Shown here piece after piece: positions 38,178-48,025 of a DNA stretch of 64,000 nt. The stretch spans positions 288,001 to 352,000 of the forward strand of contig CAVSBL010000002.1 of the NCBI GenBank assembly GCA_963726255.1, in the 5' to 3' direction. A program made the position numbers and the translations under genes. The notes beneath the pieces were generated by a model. It was not told the origin of the DNA and ran no database searches. It worked only from the letters and a program-made list of their open reading frames with translations. Source of the stretch: Candidatus Bathyarchaeota archaeon. GTDB taxonomy: Archaea > Thermoproteota > Bathyarchaeia > 40CM-2-53-6. Position 1 is the first letter of the stretch. Each line of letters opens with the position of its first letter.

Positions 38178-38449
38178 TTCGAGTTCTCTGTTTTCCGAGA
38201 AACCACCTCCCAAAAATCCCAAACCCAAAATCGCTGATTGTCCGTTCTTCGCAGGTATCTCCACCAGAACTCCAAATTCACTGTAAGAACGAAAAGGGTA
38301 AGCGCAGTTATCAAAGCGACCGTTTCAAAGAAATTAGCCACGAAAGTTTGCATGTAGCGTGAAACGTTGTAGAATGCAACACCGTTTATGAGAGTAACTA
38401 CGGAAATTACTCGTAGGAATAGGTGTTCTTTGCTCGTTAATCCTTTCAT
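38174..38449 (-). CDS. Small 2-TM protein, paralog A
   Basis: 60 of the first 75 aa identical (hand count) to the protein at 39185..39445. Confidence 0.75.
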   Translation of the reverse strand: MKGLTSKEHLFLRVISVVTLINGVAFYNVSRYMQTFVANFFETVALITALTLFVLTVNLEFWWRYLRRTDNQRFWVWDFWEVVSRKTENSN

Positions 38450-38546
38450 CTTTCTTCCCTCGACTGCAAAATCAATTAGGACGCCATGTGATTATGGTGT
38501 TTGATGCTCTGAGGAATGGAACGCTGTATGTGAGAAAAAACGAAGA

Positions 38547-38590
38547 ACGGAACTTTTGCGACGGAACTTTCTGCTAAAACGACGGAACTT
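38547..38590 (+). repeat. Three direct repeats ACGGAACTT
   Basis: Copies at 38547, 38561 and 38582. Confidence 0.85.
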
Positions 38591-38876
38591 ATTGCCGTTT
38601 GGTTAGATTCCGGCTTCTCCACACGTCAATATATATGCCAACTGGCAGTGTGACTAGCGCTATAACAATTACGAACTCGGGTACGTTTAATGTAACCCCA
38701 TTAATCTCCGACGGCCAAGTCCACCCATGACCTGCGTATACAATAAGCGCAGAAATACCGGCGATAAAAGTCAATCCGACACAATACCCTACAATACGCT
38801 TTCTCTTATCAAGTTCCCAATACCGTTTGCAAGACCATCTCCAATACCATTTGAGAAAACTTCTTACTGATTCCAT
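38589..38876 (-). CDS. Small 2-TM Trp-rich protein
   Basis: SD GGTGGTGA before ATG; two hydrophobic helices. Confidence 0.7.
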   Translation of the reverse strand: MESVRSFLKWYWRWSCKRYWELDKRKRIVGYCVGLTFIAGISALIVYAGHGWTWPSEINGVTLNVPEFVIVIALVTLPVGIYIDVWRSRNLTKRQ

Positions 38877-38896
38877 TTCAATTCACCACCTTTATA

Positions 38897-38924
38897 GGGT
38901 AAGTAAGGCGCTTCTCGCTCTTAC
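38897..38924. repeat. 28-bp hairpin repeat, copy 1
   Basis: GGGTAAGTAAGGCGCTTCTCGCTCTTAC; 27/28 identical to 39741..39768. Confidence 0.9.
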
Positions 38925-38974
38925 GGGTTTCACAAATCAAAACCATTCCTATGTGTTCTGAGCCTTGAAGCGCA

Positions 38975-39184
38975 TTAGCTGAGTAGATTGTATCTCCATA
39001 GGACGAACCAGATGTTGATGAGGAGCGGCACTAATGTGACAACAATGACTAAGAACGCTAGCCACCTGTAGCCAAATCTCATTACCTTCACACTGCTTAT
39101 TGATATTAAGTAAAATACGATTGCGTCAGTAACAGCGATGATTATGATTGAGCGAATGATTAAATCCCAAAGTAACGAAAGCAT
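38975..39184 (-). CDS. Small 2-TM protein
   Basis: 69 aa, hydrophobic, abuts the upstream gene. Confidence 0.65.
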   Translation of the reverse strand: MLSLLWDLIIRSIIIIAVTDAIVFYLISISSVKVMRFGYRWLAFLVIVVTLVPLLINIWFVLWRYNLLS

Positions 39185-39445
39185 TCAACTTATCTCCTCG
39201 GTCAAGGGCTTCTGCGGTTTCCAAAATCGCAAATTATCCCTTCTTCGCATGTATCGCCACCAGAACAGCAAGTTCACTGTGAGAACGAAAAGCGTGAGGG
39301 CGGTTATGAAAGCGACTACCTCAAAGAAATTAGCCACGAAGGTTTGCATGTTGCGTGAGACAGCGTAGAAGCAAGCGGCGTTAATAATAAGAGGTACAGA
39401 AATTACTCGCAAGAATAGGTGTTCTTTACTGGTTAATCCTATCAT
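39185..39445 (-). CDS. Small 2-TM protein, paralog B
   Basis: MIGLTSKEHLFLRVISV..., paralog of 38174..38449. Confidence 0.75.
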   Translation of the reverse strand: MIGLTSKEHLFLRVISVPLIINAACFYAVSRNMQTFVANFFEVVAFITALTLFVLTVNLLFWWRYMRRRDNLRFWKPQKPLTEEIS

Positions 39446-39475
39446 CTTTCTAACCCTTATTTGGGTTCTGTTCAC

Positions 39476-39694
39476 CTACGGCATTGTTCGCTCGTGAATC
39501 CACTTAGGTCGATATGTGACGATGATGATGAAGCAAATTATTGTTCCGATGATACCTGTACCTAACCTGAATGGGAAACGAGCCCATTGCATCCCATACA
39601 AGCTCAGAGCTGCGTCACCAATCACATCAACCACTACTATCGCAGCAGTCAACACAGCAACTATCAGAAGCCTAATACGTAAACTCGGAACCAA
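39476..39694 (-). CDS. Small 2-TM protein
   Basis: 72 aa, two hydrophobic helices, GGGGTG upstream of TTG. Confidence 0.65.
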   Translation of the reverse strand: MVPSLRIRLLIVAVLTAAIVVVDVIGDAALSLYGMQWARFPFRLGTGIIGTIICFIIIVTYRPKWIHERTMP

Positions 39695-39740
39695 CCTGCA
39701 TACACCCCGAAAAGTTCCCTTTCATCTTTCTTTCCTTCTT

Positions 39741-39768
39741 GGGTAAGTAAGGCGCGTCTCGCTCTTAC
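39741..39768. repeat. 28-bp hairpin repeat, copy 2
   Basis: GGGTAAGTAAGGCGCGTCTCGCTCTTAC. Confidence 0.9.
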
Positions 39769-39972
39769 TGGTTCCCCTGTTTTTCACGAATCGAAACATA
39801 CGGTAATCGCAAACTCATTCCAAGTCGTAACGATCACCGTTACTTAAGCCCGAAACAGGCCAAAAGTCCCGACATGTAACAGTTTTCACGAGTCCCTAAG
39901 ACGTAACAGAACCTTTCGAATAATTTTATATATTGGATTTTTTACCTAGCGTAACAAAATTGGTGAAGTTTC

Positions 39973-41625
39973 ATGCCTGAACAAGGTGTACCTGTACTGA
40001 TTCTGAAGGAAGGAACTCAAAGAACTCAAGGTAGGGATGCGCAGCGAAATAACATTCTCGCAGCCAAGGTTGTGGCTGAAACTGTCAGAACAACGCTTGG
40101 GCCTCGCGGAATGGACAAAATGCTAGTCAGCACGATCGGCGATGTGATCATCACAAATGACGGCGCCACGATCATGAAAGAGCTTGATGTCCAGCACCCC
40201 GCGGCGAAAATGCTAGTCGAGGTTGCAAAGACGCAAGACAACGAGGTGGGAGACGGAACCACGACTGCCGTAGTCCTAACCGGCGAACTACTGGACAAGG
40301 CCGAGAAACTTCTCGACAAGGACGTGCATCCCACCGTCGTGGTCGAAGGCTACAAGAAGGCAGCAGAGAAAGCGAAAGATATTCTCAGCGGCCTCAGTGA
40401 GAAGATCGATACGAACGATACGGAAACCCTCAGAAGAATAGCAGTCACCGCCATGGGGACTAAGGGTGTAACCGGCGCGAAGGACTACCTCGCGAAGATT
40501 GCTGTCGACGCAGCCCTTCAGGTCAAGCAAACTACGGACGGCAAGGTGAAGGTTGACGTTGACCTCGTGAAGGTCTTGAAGAAACATGGCAAGAGCCTAG
40601 AAGAAACCGAACTTGTCCGCGGCATCGTGATCGACAAGGAAGTGGCCCACCCACAGATGGCCAAGCGCACGGAGAACGCAAAGATCGCACTGCTCAACGC
40701 CAAACTCGAAATCGAGAAGACTGAGTTCGACGCTAAAATCAACATCAACAACCCAGACCAAATGAAACTCTTTCTCGACGAAGAGGAACGCATGCTGAAA
40801 GAAATGGTTAACAGCGTTGCTGCGAGTGGCGCCAATTTCATATTTTGCGAGAAATCCATCGACGACATCGCACTGCACTTCCTCGCCAAGAGGGGAATCG
40901 CAGCTGTAAAGAACGTCAGCAGCGGGGATATGGAGAAACTCGCCGAAGCCACTGGCGCGAAGATTGTAGCAAGCGTCAAAGACTTGGCCAAAGAATCCCT
41001 CGGTGAAGCTAAGGTCGTCGAGGAAACCAAGATCGGCGACGACAAACTAACTTACGTCAGAGATGCGAAGAACCCGATGGCCGTTACGGTTGTTCTGCGG
41101 GGGGGAGCCGAGCATGTCGTGGACGAGGCTGAGCGCTCGCTCCACGATGCGTTATGCGTAGTGCGGGATGCGGTCGAGGACGCGAAGATCGTGGCTGGCG
41201 GGGGCGCAGCCGAGGCTGAAACTGCGAAGCAACTCCGCGAGTACGCGATGAAGGTCGGTGGGCGCGAGCAGCTGGCCATCGAAGCCTTCGCAGATGCGAT
41301 GGAAAGCGTACCCCTAGCCCTCGCTGAGAACGCCGGCCTAGACCCAATTGACATAATGGTTTCGCTGCGGGCTAAGCACGAGAGCCCAGAAAATCGCTGG
41401 TATGGGGTCGATGTGTTCTCCGGTGAAGTCAAGGACATGCGCAGCCTGAACGTCATAGAGCCGCTCCGCGTGAAACTGCAAGTTGTCAAATCAGCAACCG
41501 AAGCCGCTTCAATGATTCTCCGCATTGATGACGTGGTGGCCTCTAAAGGAGGTAAGGGAGGCGGGCCACCGATGCCCCCTGGCGGCGGTATGCCCGGCGG
41601 AATGCCTGGCGGAGACGAATTCTAA
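39973..41625 (+). CDS. ths: Thermosome (group II chaperonin) subunit
   Basis: [43 protein letters not shown] tail. Confidence 0.98.
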   Translation: MPEQGVPVLILKEGTQRTQGRDAQRNNILAAKVVAETVRTTLGPRGMDKMLVSTIGDVIITNDGATIMKELDVQHPAAKMLVEVAKTQDNEVGDGTTTAVVLTGELLDKAEKLLDKDVHPTVVVEGYKKAAEKAKDILSGLSEKIDTNDTETLRRIAVTAMGTKGVTGAKDYLAKIAVDAALQVKQTTDGKVKVDVDLVKVLKKHGKSLEETELVRGIVIDKEVAHPQMAKRTENAKIALLNAKLEIEKTEFDAKININNPDQMKLFLDEEERMLKEMVNSVAASGANFIFCEKSIDDIALHFLAKRGIAAVKNVSSGDMEKLAEATGAKIVASVKDLAKESLGEAKVVEETKIGDDKLTYVRDAKNPMAVTVVLRGGAEHVVDEAERSLHDALCVVRDAVEDAKIVAGGGAAEAETAKQLREYAMKVGGREQLAIEAFADAMESVPLALAENAGLDPIDIMVSLRAKHESPENRWYGVDVFSGEVKDMRSLNVIEPLRVKLQVVKSATEAASMILRIDDVVASKGGKGGGPPMPPGGGMPGGMPGGDEF

Positions 41626-41706
41626 GTTAGCCTCCTTTTCTTCCTCTCAGTCAAACTAAGTAGGACGAACGCCATTCTCCCCTTTTCTTGTTCGGGGAAA
41701 GGCTGC

Positions 41707-42825
41707 TTGTCCCATCTACCAGAACCGGTCATACTTGTAGCTTCAGCCGAGTTCACTTTGAAGAGTTCTCCCGTCAGGCGCACGTTGGAGCAGCGTCTAA
41801 TCGATGACCTGAGGTTCGCACTCTCTCGTGCCGGGTTCAGTGGTTTCCGGATTGAGAAGCACGCAGCCAGGCTGGTAGTATGCGGGTTGACAGGAGCCAC
41901 GGAAGCAAAGGTGGGAGCTCGTTCATGCAGGGGAGTCTTCGGCGTGGCCTACGCCGCCCCCGCAACCTTGCTCTCAGCTTCTGAGGAGGCTATACTGCAA
42001 TCGATTGTGCAGCTCGCGAACGAGAAGTTGGGGTCAGGTCAATCATTCGCAATTCGTGCTCACCGCTCGGAGCCGGGGTCCTTGACTCGACGTGATGTCG
42101 AACTCAAGGGCGGCTCCCACGTACTCGACGCGTTGAAGGGCAAAGGTGTCACGGTCAATCTGAAGCACCCCGACGTCACATTTCATGTTGACCTCGTCGG
42201 CGAAGATGCCTACGTTTACTGTGAGAAATTGCAGGGGCCAGGCGGCTTACCTCTGTCTGCGCAATGGAAGATGCTGGCGGTTCTAGATTCGGGGCCTCTC
42301 ACGCTTCTCGCAGCCTATTCAATGATGAGAAGGGGATGCCTAGTGGAACTATTCATCCCATTATCCAGCATCAACTCTGCCTTCGCTACCGAGAACCAGC
42401 TGAACCTCGCCCGAAACCTACGCCGGCTTGTAACCCGTCCAACATACAGGGTATACACTGTCAACTACGATCAACTGATCGGAGATAGGCTCAAGGGCAA
42501 ACTCGACCAGTTAGCCCTCTCGAAGTTCTTTGTGAGATTGGCTGCCGCCAAATTTGCAAAAGAAAAGAGGTTCAAAGGCATAATTTTCGCAGACGTTGCC
42601 GGTGAAATTGGCCCAGCTGGCGCGCTTAAGGCCGCGGCCCCAGACGTGGCAGTTTTCACTCCGCTAATTGGCTTGACGCGAGGAGACTTGACGGAATTGG
42701 CTAAGTCAGCGGATGTTATCGTAACGGAGTATGTTCAGAATGCGGATTCCAGAGCGTTGAATGCGGACATCGACAATACGCAGGTTGGGCAACCTGAAGT
42801 CCAGGTGGAACAAGTAACACTCTAG
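41707..42825 (+). CDS. ThiI-like THUMP-domain protein with degenerate PP-loop
   Basis: E..LKS..VRR..E..L, THUMP segment F.IRAHR...V.L..PD, GPGGLP; SGGxDS replaced by DSGPLT. Confidence 0.75.
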   Translation: MSHLPEPVILVASAEFTLKSSPVRRTLEQRLIDDLRFALSRAGFSGFRIEKHAARLVVCGLTGATEAKVGARSCRGVFGVAYAAPATLLSASEEAILQSIVQLANEKLGSGQSFAIRAHRSEPGSLTRRDVELKGGSHVLDALKGKGVTVNLKHPDVTFHVDLVGEDAYVYCEKLQGPGGLPLSAQWKMLAVLDSGPLTLLAAYSMMRRGCLVELFIPLSSINSAFATENQLNLARNLRRLVTRPTYRVYTVNYDQLIGDRLKGKLDQLALSKFFVRLAAAKFAKEKRFKGIIFADVAGEIGPAGALKAAAPDVAVFTPLIGLTRGDLTELAKSADVIVTEYVQNADSRALNADIDNTQVGQPEVQVEQVTL

Positions 42826-44039
42826 GAATGGCTTGCTAAACCTTCTACGATATCGCAGGCCAAAGCGGCAGCATCCATTGAGGCAGTTTCCTTGCTAATC
42901 CTGACGGCGTTCGTGACATACTCCGGGGATTCCAAAACTCTCTCCACCGTAGACTCCAGCGTGTCATGGTTCAACATGTTTTGGTCAATCTTTTCGGCCA
43001 CATGAAGTGATACGGCCCGGCGTGCGTTGCCGTATTGCTCCGTGTGATCTGGTATGGGAACAAGTACCATGGGCCGGCCGTAGACGAGGGATTTCATGAT
43101 CGTTCCGTGTCCTGCCCTCGCGATGACTAAGTCGCTAGCTCTGATGAAATCCTCTTGGTTCTCAATCCAATCATAAACCCTCACCCCGCCGACAGATCGC
43201 ATTCCTCTTTCTCCTTCAGCGTCTCCTTTGGAGAGTACGATTTGGTAATTCTTCTGCATTCCCCGGAAGGACCGAAGGAGTATTTGAGCTAAGATTGCGC
43301 GTTCAACTTTGGGCCCGCTAACCGCTGCATAGATGAAAGGCAGTTTCGAGTCAAGGCCAATTTCGCGTCGAACATTATCATTGCGCGCTCTTGAGTTGTT
43401 GTGTTGTTCGATGATGGGGCCGATCAACTTCACCTTGTCGTTGTAGCGTCTAGGGATGGCGAGGTTCCCTATCGAAATCGTGTATGGTGATGGTAGGTCC
43501 GGAATCAGTATGACTTGGCTTCGGCCCCAGACAAGTTGGATGGCGGTTCGAACGAAGAGCCAGCCAACGTTCGCTATGAAGAAGAATAGCCGGTCGAGCG
43601 GCGTTAGAGAGCGGCCTGAGGGGCGCCGGATTATTTCAACTCGGAACTGGTTGAGCATTAGGGCGACTGGGATTCTAAGGAGCCAGGCGGCAACAAGTGA
43701 AGATGCCCGAGAATCTGATAGAACAACATCTGGCCTGAACTGTTTCAAGTATTGAATTTCGCGGACCACCTGCCGAAGGAACATTCTGATGCCGAGCGAA
43801 AAACCACTAGTGGCAGCCGTCAGTTTGAAATCTATTGTACCGTCCGTTCTTACTTTGAAATTGATCGGCACTGCCTCATAGGTCGGCAAATGGTTGTGTT
43901 TCGCATAATCGAGTCCGTCAAGGTACGTGGAAAATACGGTTTCGACTCCCCGGCGATTCAGCTCAGTGGCGATCGGGTGGACTCGGGTGATGTGGCCCAA
44001 TCCTATTCCGCAAGGAGCCAGGTAAACACGCAATTTCAT
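42822..44039 (-). CDS. GT-B glycosyltransferase (MJ1255/MurG-like)
   Basis: CGIGLGHITR, PDVVLSD, ARAGHGTI...L..G.P....P...H.EQ..NA. Confidence 0.85.
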   Translation of the reverse strand: MKLRVYLAPCGIGLGHITRVHPIATELNRRGVETVFSTYLDGLDYAKHNHLPTYEAVPINFKVRTDGTIDFKLTAATSGFSLGIRMFLRQVVREIQYLKQFRPDVVLSDSRASSLVAAWLLRIPVALMLNQFRVEIIRRPSGRSLTPLDRLFFFIANVGWLFVRTAIQLVWGRSQVILIPDLPSPYTISIGNLAIPRRYNDKVKLIGPIIEQHNNSRARNDNVRREIGLDSKLPFIYAAVSGPKVERAILAQILLRSFRGMQKNYQIVLSKGDAEGERGMRSVGGVRVYDWIENQEDFIRASDLVIARAGHGTIMKSLVYGRPMVLVPIPDHTEQYGNARRAVSLHVAEKIDQNMLNHDTLESTVERVLESPEYVTNAVRISKETASMDAAALACDIVEGLASHS

Positions 44040-44689
44040 GTCCCACCGACGATTTTTCTCCTAACCTCGCCCGCAGGTTCCACTTCTTCGAAGATCTCGC
44101 CCTCAAAGACTTTCACGTCAACCCCATCAAGAAGCCAGGAGTCGGGGGGCAGTCCAGCTTTGAGGCAACAATTCACTAGAAACTCCGTCGAGTCCCACTT
44201 CCACTCGGTCGCCACCTGCGGCAGGAGCAGGCCTGAGTTGCCGCCACTGGCGACGATGAGGCCATGCCGGCCGATTTGAATTAGTTCCGGAAGTGATTTT
44301 CGGTCATGTACTTTCAGCACTTGGGGTTCAGTGAGGGCGGTGAGTTCCACGACAATGGAGCGCTTCAATTCCTCCGAGGAGACTGGAGGAAATCTAGGGT
44401 CCTCGGTCGCCGCATAAATTGCCGCCTTGATAACTGCTTCCACAAGAGGCTGTTCTGGGTAGGGGAAGCCAATGCAACCCCGCAACTCATTAGCGGGCTT
44501 CGTAACGTTCAGCGTTACGAAAACGCCGGATTTCCTAAACAGCCTTTCCGGCGCGTCTTGGGGCGGTTTGATTATCTGGTTAGTCTCTAGGTACTTGGTT
44601 ATGGCCAAGCGTGCGAGTTGAACTAGCATTCTACCTTCTTCGAGGCTCAGCTTGTTCTGTGCTAGCGGAGCCGTTTCTCTTCGCGTCAA
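44036..44689 (-). CDS. AMMECR1 family protein (AmmeMemoRadiSam protein A)
   Basis: GVFVTL, LRGCIG.P.P, AA..DPRF.P, GRHGL, GLLLPQV, C.KAGL..D.W. Confidence 0.93.
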   Translation of the reverse strand: MTRRETAPLAQNKLSLEEGRMLVQLARLAITKYLETNQIIKPPQDAPERLFRKSGVFVTLNVTKPANELRGCIGFPYPEQPLVEAVIKAAIYAATEDPRFPPVSSEELKRSIVVELTALTEPQVLKVHDRKSLPELIQIGRHGLIVASGGNSGLLLPQVATEWKWDSTEFLVNCCLKAGLPPDSWLLDGVDVKVFEGEIFEEVEPAGEVRRKIVGGT

Positions 44690-45158
44690 GAATTTTCCTC
44701 GCGCTTCCCAGGGTTTGTTCTATCTTTTTCCAGTGACTTCCTTGCCAGTAAACTTTGGCGCACTTGGGATTAGTGCAGGCCCAAAAACTCTGGTACACTT
44801 TAAAAGTTGCTGGAGGCACCAACGCTTCTGCTTCTTCCTTTGAAGCTTCCCTCAGCGTAAAGCCACACAGGGGGCATCTTGAGATCGTGGTGTCGATTTC
44901 GAGTCTTAAATTGTAACGTTGTGCGAGGTTGGCCAATCGCTCTGGCTCTGTGCGCCCCTGTACTAGCGAGGTCTCAATGCCCTTCACGGCTGCGGTCCTG
45001 TAGAGTTCTTCGTCAGAAGTCAGCAAGATGAGAGAGTCACGTTTGGCGATTGAGAGCAAATCCTTGTCCGAACTGTCGTTTAGGTAGACCGCTTCGTATC
45101 CAAGCATACGAAGCCATCTTGCTAGCTTTCCCAGCATTCCGTCTAGGAGGAATCCCAT
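44631..45158 (-). CDS. Mut7-C family PIN RNase with Zn ribbon
   Basis: FLLDGMLGKLARWLRMLGY, LLT.D..L, RCP.C, C...C.KVYWQGSHW. Confidence 0.93.
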   Translation of the reverse strand: MGFLLDGMLGKLARWLRMLGYEAVYLNDSSDKDLLSIAKRDSLILLTSDEELYRTAAVKGIETSLVQGRTEPERLANLAQRYNLRLEIDTTISRCPLCGFTLREASKEEAEALVPPATFKVYQSFWACTNPKCAKVYWQGSHWKKIEQTLGSARKILDAKRNGSASTEQAEPRRR

Positions 45159-46483
45159 GCCCTATCGCTCTTGGTAACCTTGCCCACGGGGTTCCCTACA
45201 ATCCTTCCCCTCTCAGCAACCAGCGTCCCGTTCACAATCGTGTATGCTGCCGTCCCAAGGCATTTGTAGCCTTTGAACGGCGAGTATCTCGCTTTGCTTT
45301 CAAAATTCTCCGGGGAAACACGTGTCCTAGCCTTCGGGTCGACCAGCACTAAATCTGCGTCATAGCCTTCCTTGAGCTCGCCCTTCCTTGGCAGACGAAA
45401 GAGCTTTGCCGGCAAGGTTGCCGTTGCTTCTACGAGTCTTCGCAACGTGAGTTTTCCCCGCGAGACCTGCGTGAACATTAATGGGAGGGATGTTTCCAGG
45501 CCTGGTACTCCTGAGGCTGCGTCCCAGGCGTTTTCTTTTGTTTTCTCTTCAAGCGTGTGCGGTGCGTGGTCACTGGCGAGTATGTCCACTTTCCCTTTGG
45601 CAAAAAGCCTCCACAGGCTATTCCTGTTTGTCTCGTTTCTAATCGGAGGGACACAAATCGCTAGGGTCTTCTGTTTTCGAAAGACAGTTTGATTCAGGAG
45701 TAGGTGGTGGGCGGAGGCTTCGCATGTTGCATTCGGCGCCGTTCGGACGAGGTTTACGGCTTCCGGAGTCGTGATATGGCAGATGTGAAGTCGTACTCCA
45801 AGTCTGTTGCCGAGGCCTAGGATCCTGCGGACTGCATATACTTCGATTTGTGGTGTATGTGCTTTGAGAAAGTCTCCGATTGAAGTCTTCCCTTGGTGTA
45901 TGCTCTCCTGCTGGGATTTTCTGATGCGATCCCCGTCTTCGGCGTGGATGGTGACTATAGCGTCAGCTTGTTTTGCTGCTTGAAGAGAGTTCATCAAATG
46001 CGTTTGGTCACTTGAATCGAACGTTTCGAGGGATTTGTTTAGGTATAGTTTGAACGCGATTGCGCCTTGTTCAGCCATTAGTTTCATTTCGTTCGGATCC
46101 TCAACCAGCGCGCCTTGGAAGGCTACGTTCGAGTACATCCTCCCTTCCGCCTTCGCCATCTTATCGGCCAAATTGACGTGGCTTAATGTGGGAGGGCGGG
46201 AATTGGGCATGTCAAAGACTGTCGTGAACCCTCCGACGGCAGCGGCGCGAGTTCCCGTCTCGAAAGTCTCCTTGTAGGATAGTTCCAAATCACGAAGGTG
46301 GACGTGCGCGTCAATCATCCCCGGGAGGGCGATTAAACGGCTGGCGTCGATTCTTTGGTCTGGAGTTGAAGTTGGTCGAATTTTAGATATGCTTTTGATT
46401 ACGCCATCTTCGAGAAATATGTGAGCGTTAGTCAGTTCTTCCCCTTTTAGTATCTGCGCTGATTCTATGAGTAATGATGCCAT
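45143..46483 (-). CDS. pyrC: Dihydroorotase (amidohydrolase)
   Basis: PG.IDAHVHLR, GGFTTVFDMPN, HAED, H.CH, ASDHAPH, GVPGLET. Confidence 0.85.
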   Translation of the reverse strand: MASLLIESAQILKGEELTNAHIFLEDGVIKSISKIRPTSTPDQRIDASRLIALPGMIDAHVHLRDLELSYKETFETGTRAAAVGGFTTVFDMPNSRPPTLSHVNLADKMAKAEGRMYSNVAFQGALVEDPNEMKLMAEQGAIAFKLYLNKSLETFDSSDQTHLMNSLQAAKQADAIVTIHAEDGDRIRKSQQESIHQGKTSIGDFLKAHTPQIEVYAVRRILGLGNRLGVRLHICHITTPEAVNLVRTAPNATCEASAHHLLLNQTVFRKQKTLAICVPPIRNETNRNSLWRLFAKGKVDILASDHAPHTLEEKTKENAWDAASGVPGLETSLPLMFTQVSRGKLTLRRLVEATATLPAKLFRLPRKGELKEGYDADLVLVDPKARTRVSPENFESKARYSPFKGYKCLGTAAYTIVNGTLVAERGRIVGNPVGKVTKSDRAWDSS

Positions 46484-46538
46484 GGCCCCGGTTGCACCGC
46501 CTGCTGACTATCCACGTGTGTCAGCGGCTTAAGGTTGG

Positions 46539-47117
46539 TTATGCTTCTTCAGGTTCTTCCGTTTCGGATGCGCAGTCATCGCAAAGGAATTGTCCGTCGT
46601 GTGATTTCAACTCGTCAGCCCAGGAGCCGCACCTGTCACAGTAGCCGGAGAGCGGTGCGGCCTCCTTGATCTTCGGGACCGGGGCTATCTGAGATTTCTC
46701 AGCCATAACGTCAATCAAAGCCGGGGTTATGTCTACGATATCGTTGCTGGTTATGATGCCCTTGACCTTAGCGCCTTGAACAACGACTAGTCGCCTAACT
46801 TTCATCTCCCGCATTCTATTCGCAGCATCCGTCACGTTAGAGGAAGGGTCGATTGTTGCGATAGGTTTAGTCATGCATTTCTCGGCCGTCGCTTTGCTCG
46901 GAAGCAAATCAAACGCGGCGACTCTTCTCACAACATCCCGCTCGGTCATAAGGCCCAGTGGTTTGCCCGACTTGTCTACGACGACAACGCAGCCGATTTC
47001 GTTCTTCTTCATCAGCTTAGTGGCCGCGAGCACTGTGTCCGTTTCTCGAATCGTGACCACGGGACTTGACATAACGTCCTCAACTTTGACGTCGGGCGTA
47101 TCTGACCTTGTTCCCAA
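46539..47117 (-). CDS. CBS-pair protein with C-terminal Zn finger
   Basis: V.DVMSSPV.T, G..TERD, RRL.V, GII...DI; G.CDRCG...G.FLCDDC. Confidence 0.9.
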   Translation of the reverse strand: MGTRSDTPDVKVEDVMSSPVVTIRETDTVLAATKLMKKNEIGCVVVVDKSGKPLGLMTERDVVRRVAAFDLLPSKATAEKCMTKPIATIDPSSNVTDAANRMREMKVRRLVVVQGAKVKGIITSNDIVDITPALIDVMAEKSQIAPVPKIKEAAPLSGYCDRCGSWADELKSHDGQFLCDDCASETEEPEEA

Positions 47118-47263
47118 TCGTTATCCCAACAGGACTGGTTTTTCGACGCCTTAAGGGCTTTGCTGGACATTTCCGGGAGGGGTTTGGTAAGGGCAGGGAA
47201 GGGTTATCTAGCGACTGTAGGTATGATGCGAGGAATCCCCAGCCGGTTAGGAATGGAAGCAAG

Positions 47264-47599
47264 TTGAGCACCGCTCAATCTCAGGTTCAAACTCAGTCCA
47301 AGAGACGAATCAAGCCAACCTCAGTCGTCTACTGGCTTCGTGTCGCCTTAGCGGTTGTAGCCGGGTTTGCGAACCAATTCTTACACATCAACCAAGCCAA
47401 TTTTGGTGACTTCGCAATTTTCGTAGGCATCGGCCTAGGACTAATCATTTACGCGTTTTCCATCTTCATTGTTCAACGTGTCTTGCATTACGGCGAGGCT
47501 GAACTGAAAGGAAAGAACCGGTACATCACTCTCGGTGGTGGCACCTTCATAATTCTGTGGATCGTAGTATTGGTGTTTCTCAACACCATCTCGCCGTAA
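47264..47599 (+). CDS. 3-TM membrane protein, possibly EMC6-like
   Basis: VYWLR...A..AG and G...F...W pattern; start TTG 47264. Confidence 0.6.
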   Translation: MSTAQSQVQTQSKRRIKPTSVVYWLRVALAVVAGFANQFLHINQANFGDFAIFVGIGLGLIIYAFSIFIVQRVLHYGEAELKGKNRYITLGGGTFIILWIVVLVFLNTISP

Positions 47600-48025
47600 C
47601 TACTTTGCTACTGCCTTTTGCGTGTCAGGGGGCGCGCGAGGGGGCCCCTCCCGTTCGAGTTTCCTCAAGTAGCTCTCCACGGCCTCAAAGTAACCCCTGT
47701 CATAGTCGGAATGCAGTTCGTTCGTTCCGTGTTGTGCGAACTCCTTTCTCAGCGTCCTCAGTTTGGTGGGGGTCATTTCAATTTTCGACAGGTACAGGTA
47801 CTTGTCATCAGTAGACTTGGCGGTGAGCAGCAGCCCTTCGAGGGCTTTTAGGTAGCCTTTCGCCAGTTCGGTTGCGGGGATGCTAGTGCGTATGCTATCA
47901 AGTTCTTTTTCTGCGTCTGAATTTCGTCTCTGGATGATGGCTTGAAAGAATTTTTCAGTGTCGATGTTTAAGCTGGCGCGCGGTTTCTCATTTTCGGCGT
48001 TTGACTTCGTCTTCTTCGGTGATAT
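47600..48025 (-). CDS. Hypothetical protein downstream of radA, probable ATA start, absent from ORF track
   Basis: 141-aa open frame SPKKTKS...FFQAIIQRR...KGYLKALEG...DKYLY...DYDRGYFEAVE; SD-like GAGGAAGGT upstream. Confidence 0.7.
   Translation of the reverse strand: MSPKKTKSNAENEKPRASLNIDTEKFFQAIIQRRNSDAEKELDSIRTSIPATELAKGYLKALEGLLLTAKSTDDKYLYLSKIEMTPTKLRTLRKEFAQHGTNELHSDYDRGYFEAVESYLRKLEREGPPRAPPDTQKAVAK

Noticed and set aside
38897-39768. CRISPR array or canonical integron attC interpretation of the 28-bp repeat
   Set aside because: Only two copies about 840 bp apart, no cas or intI gene, and no RYYYAAC/GTTRRRY boxes.
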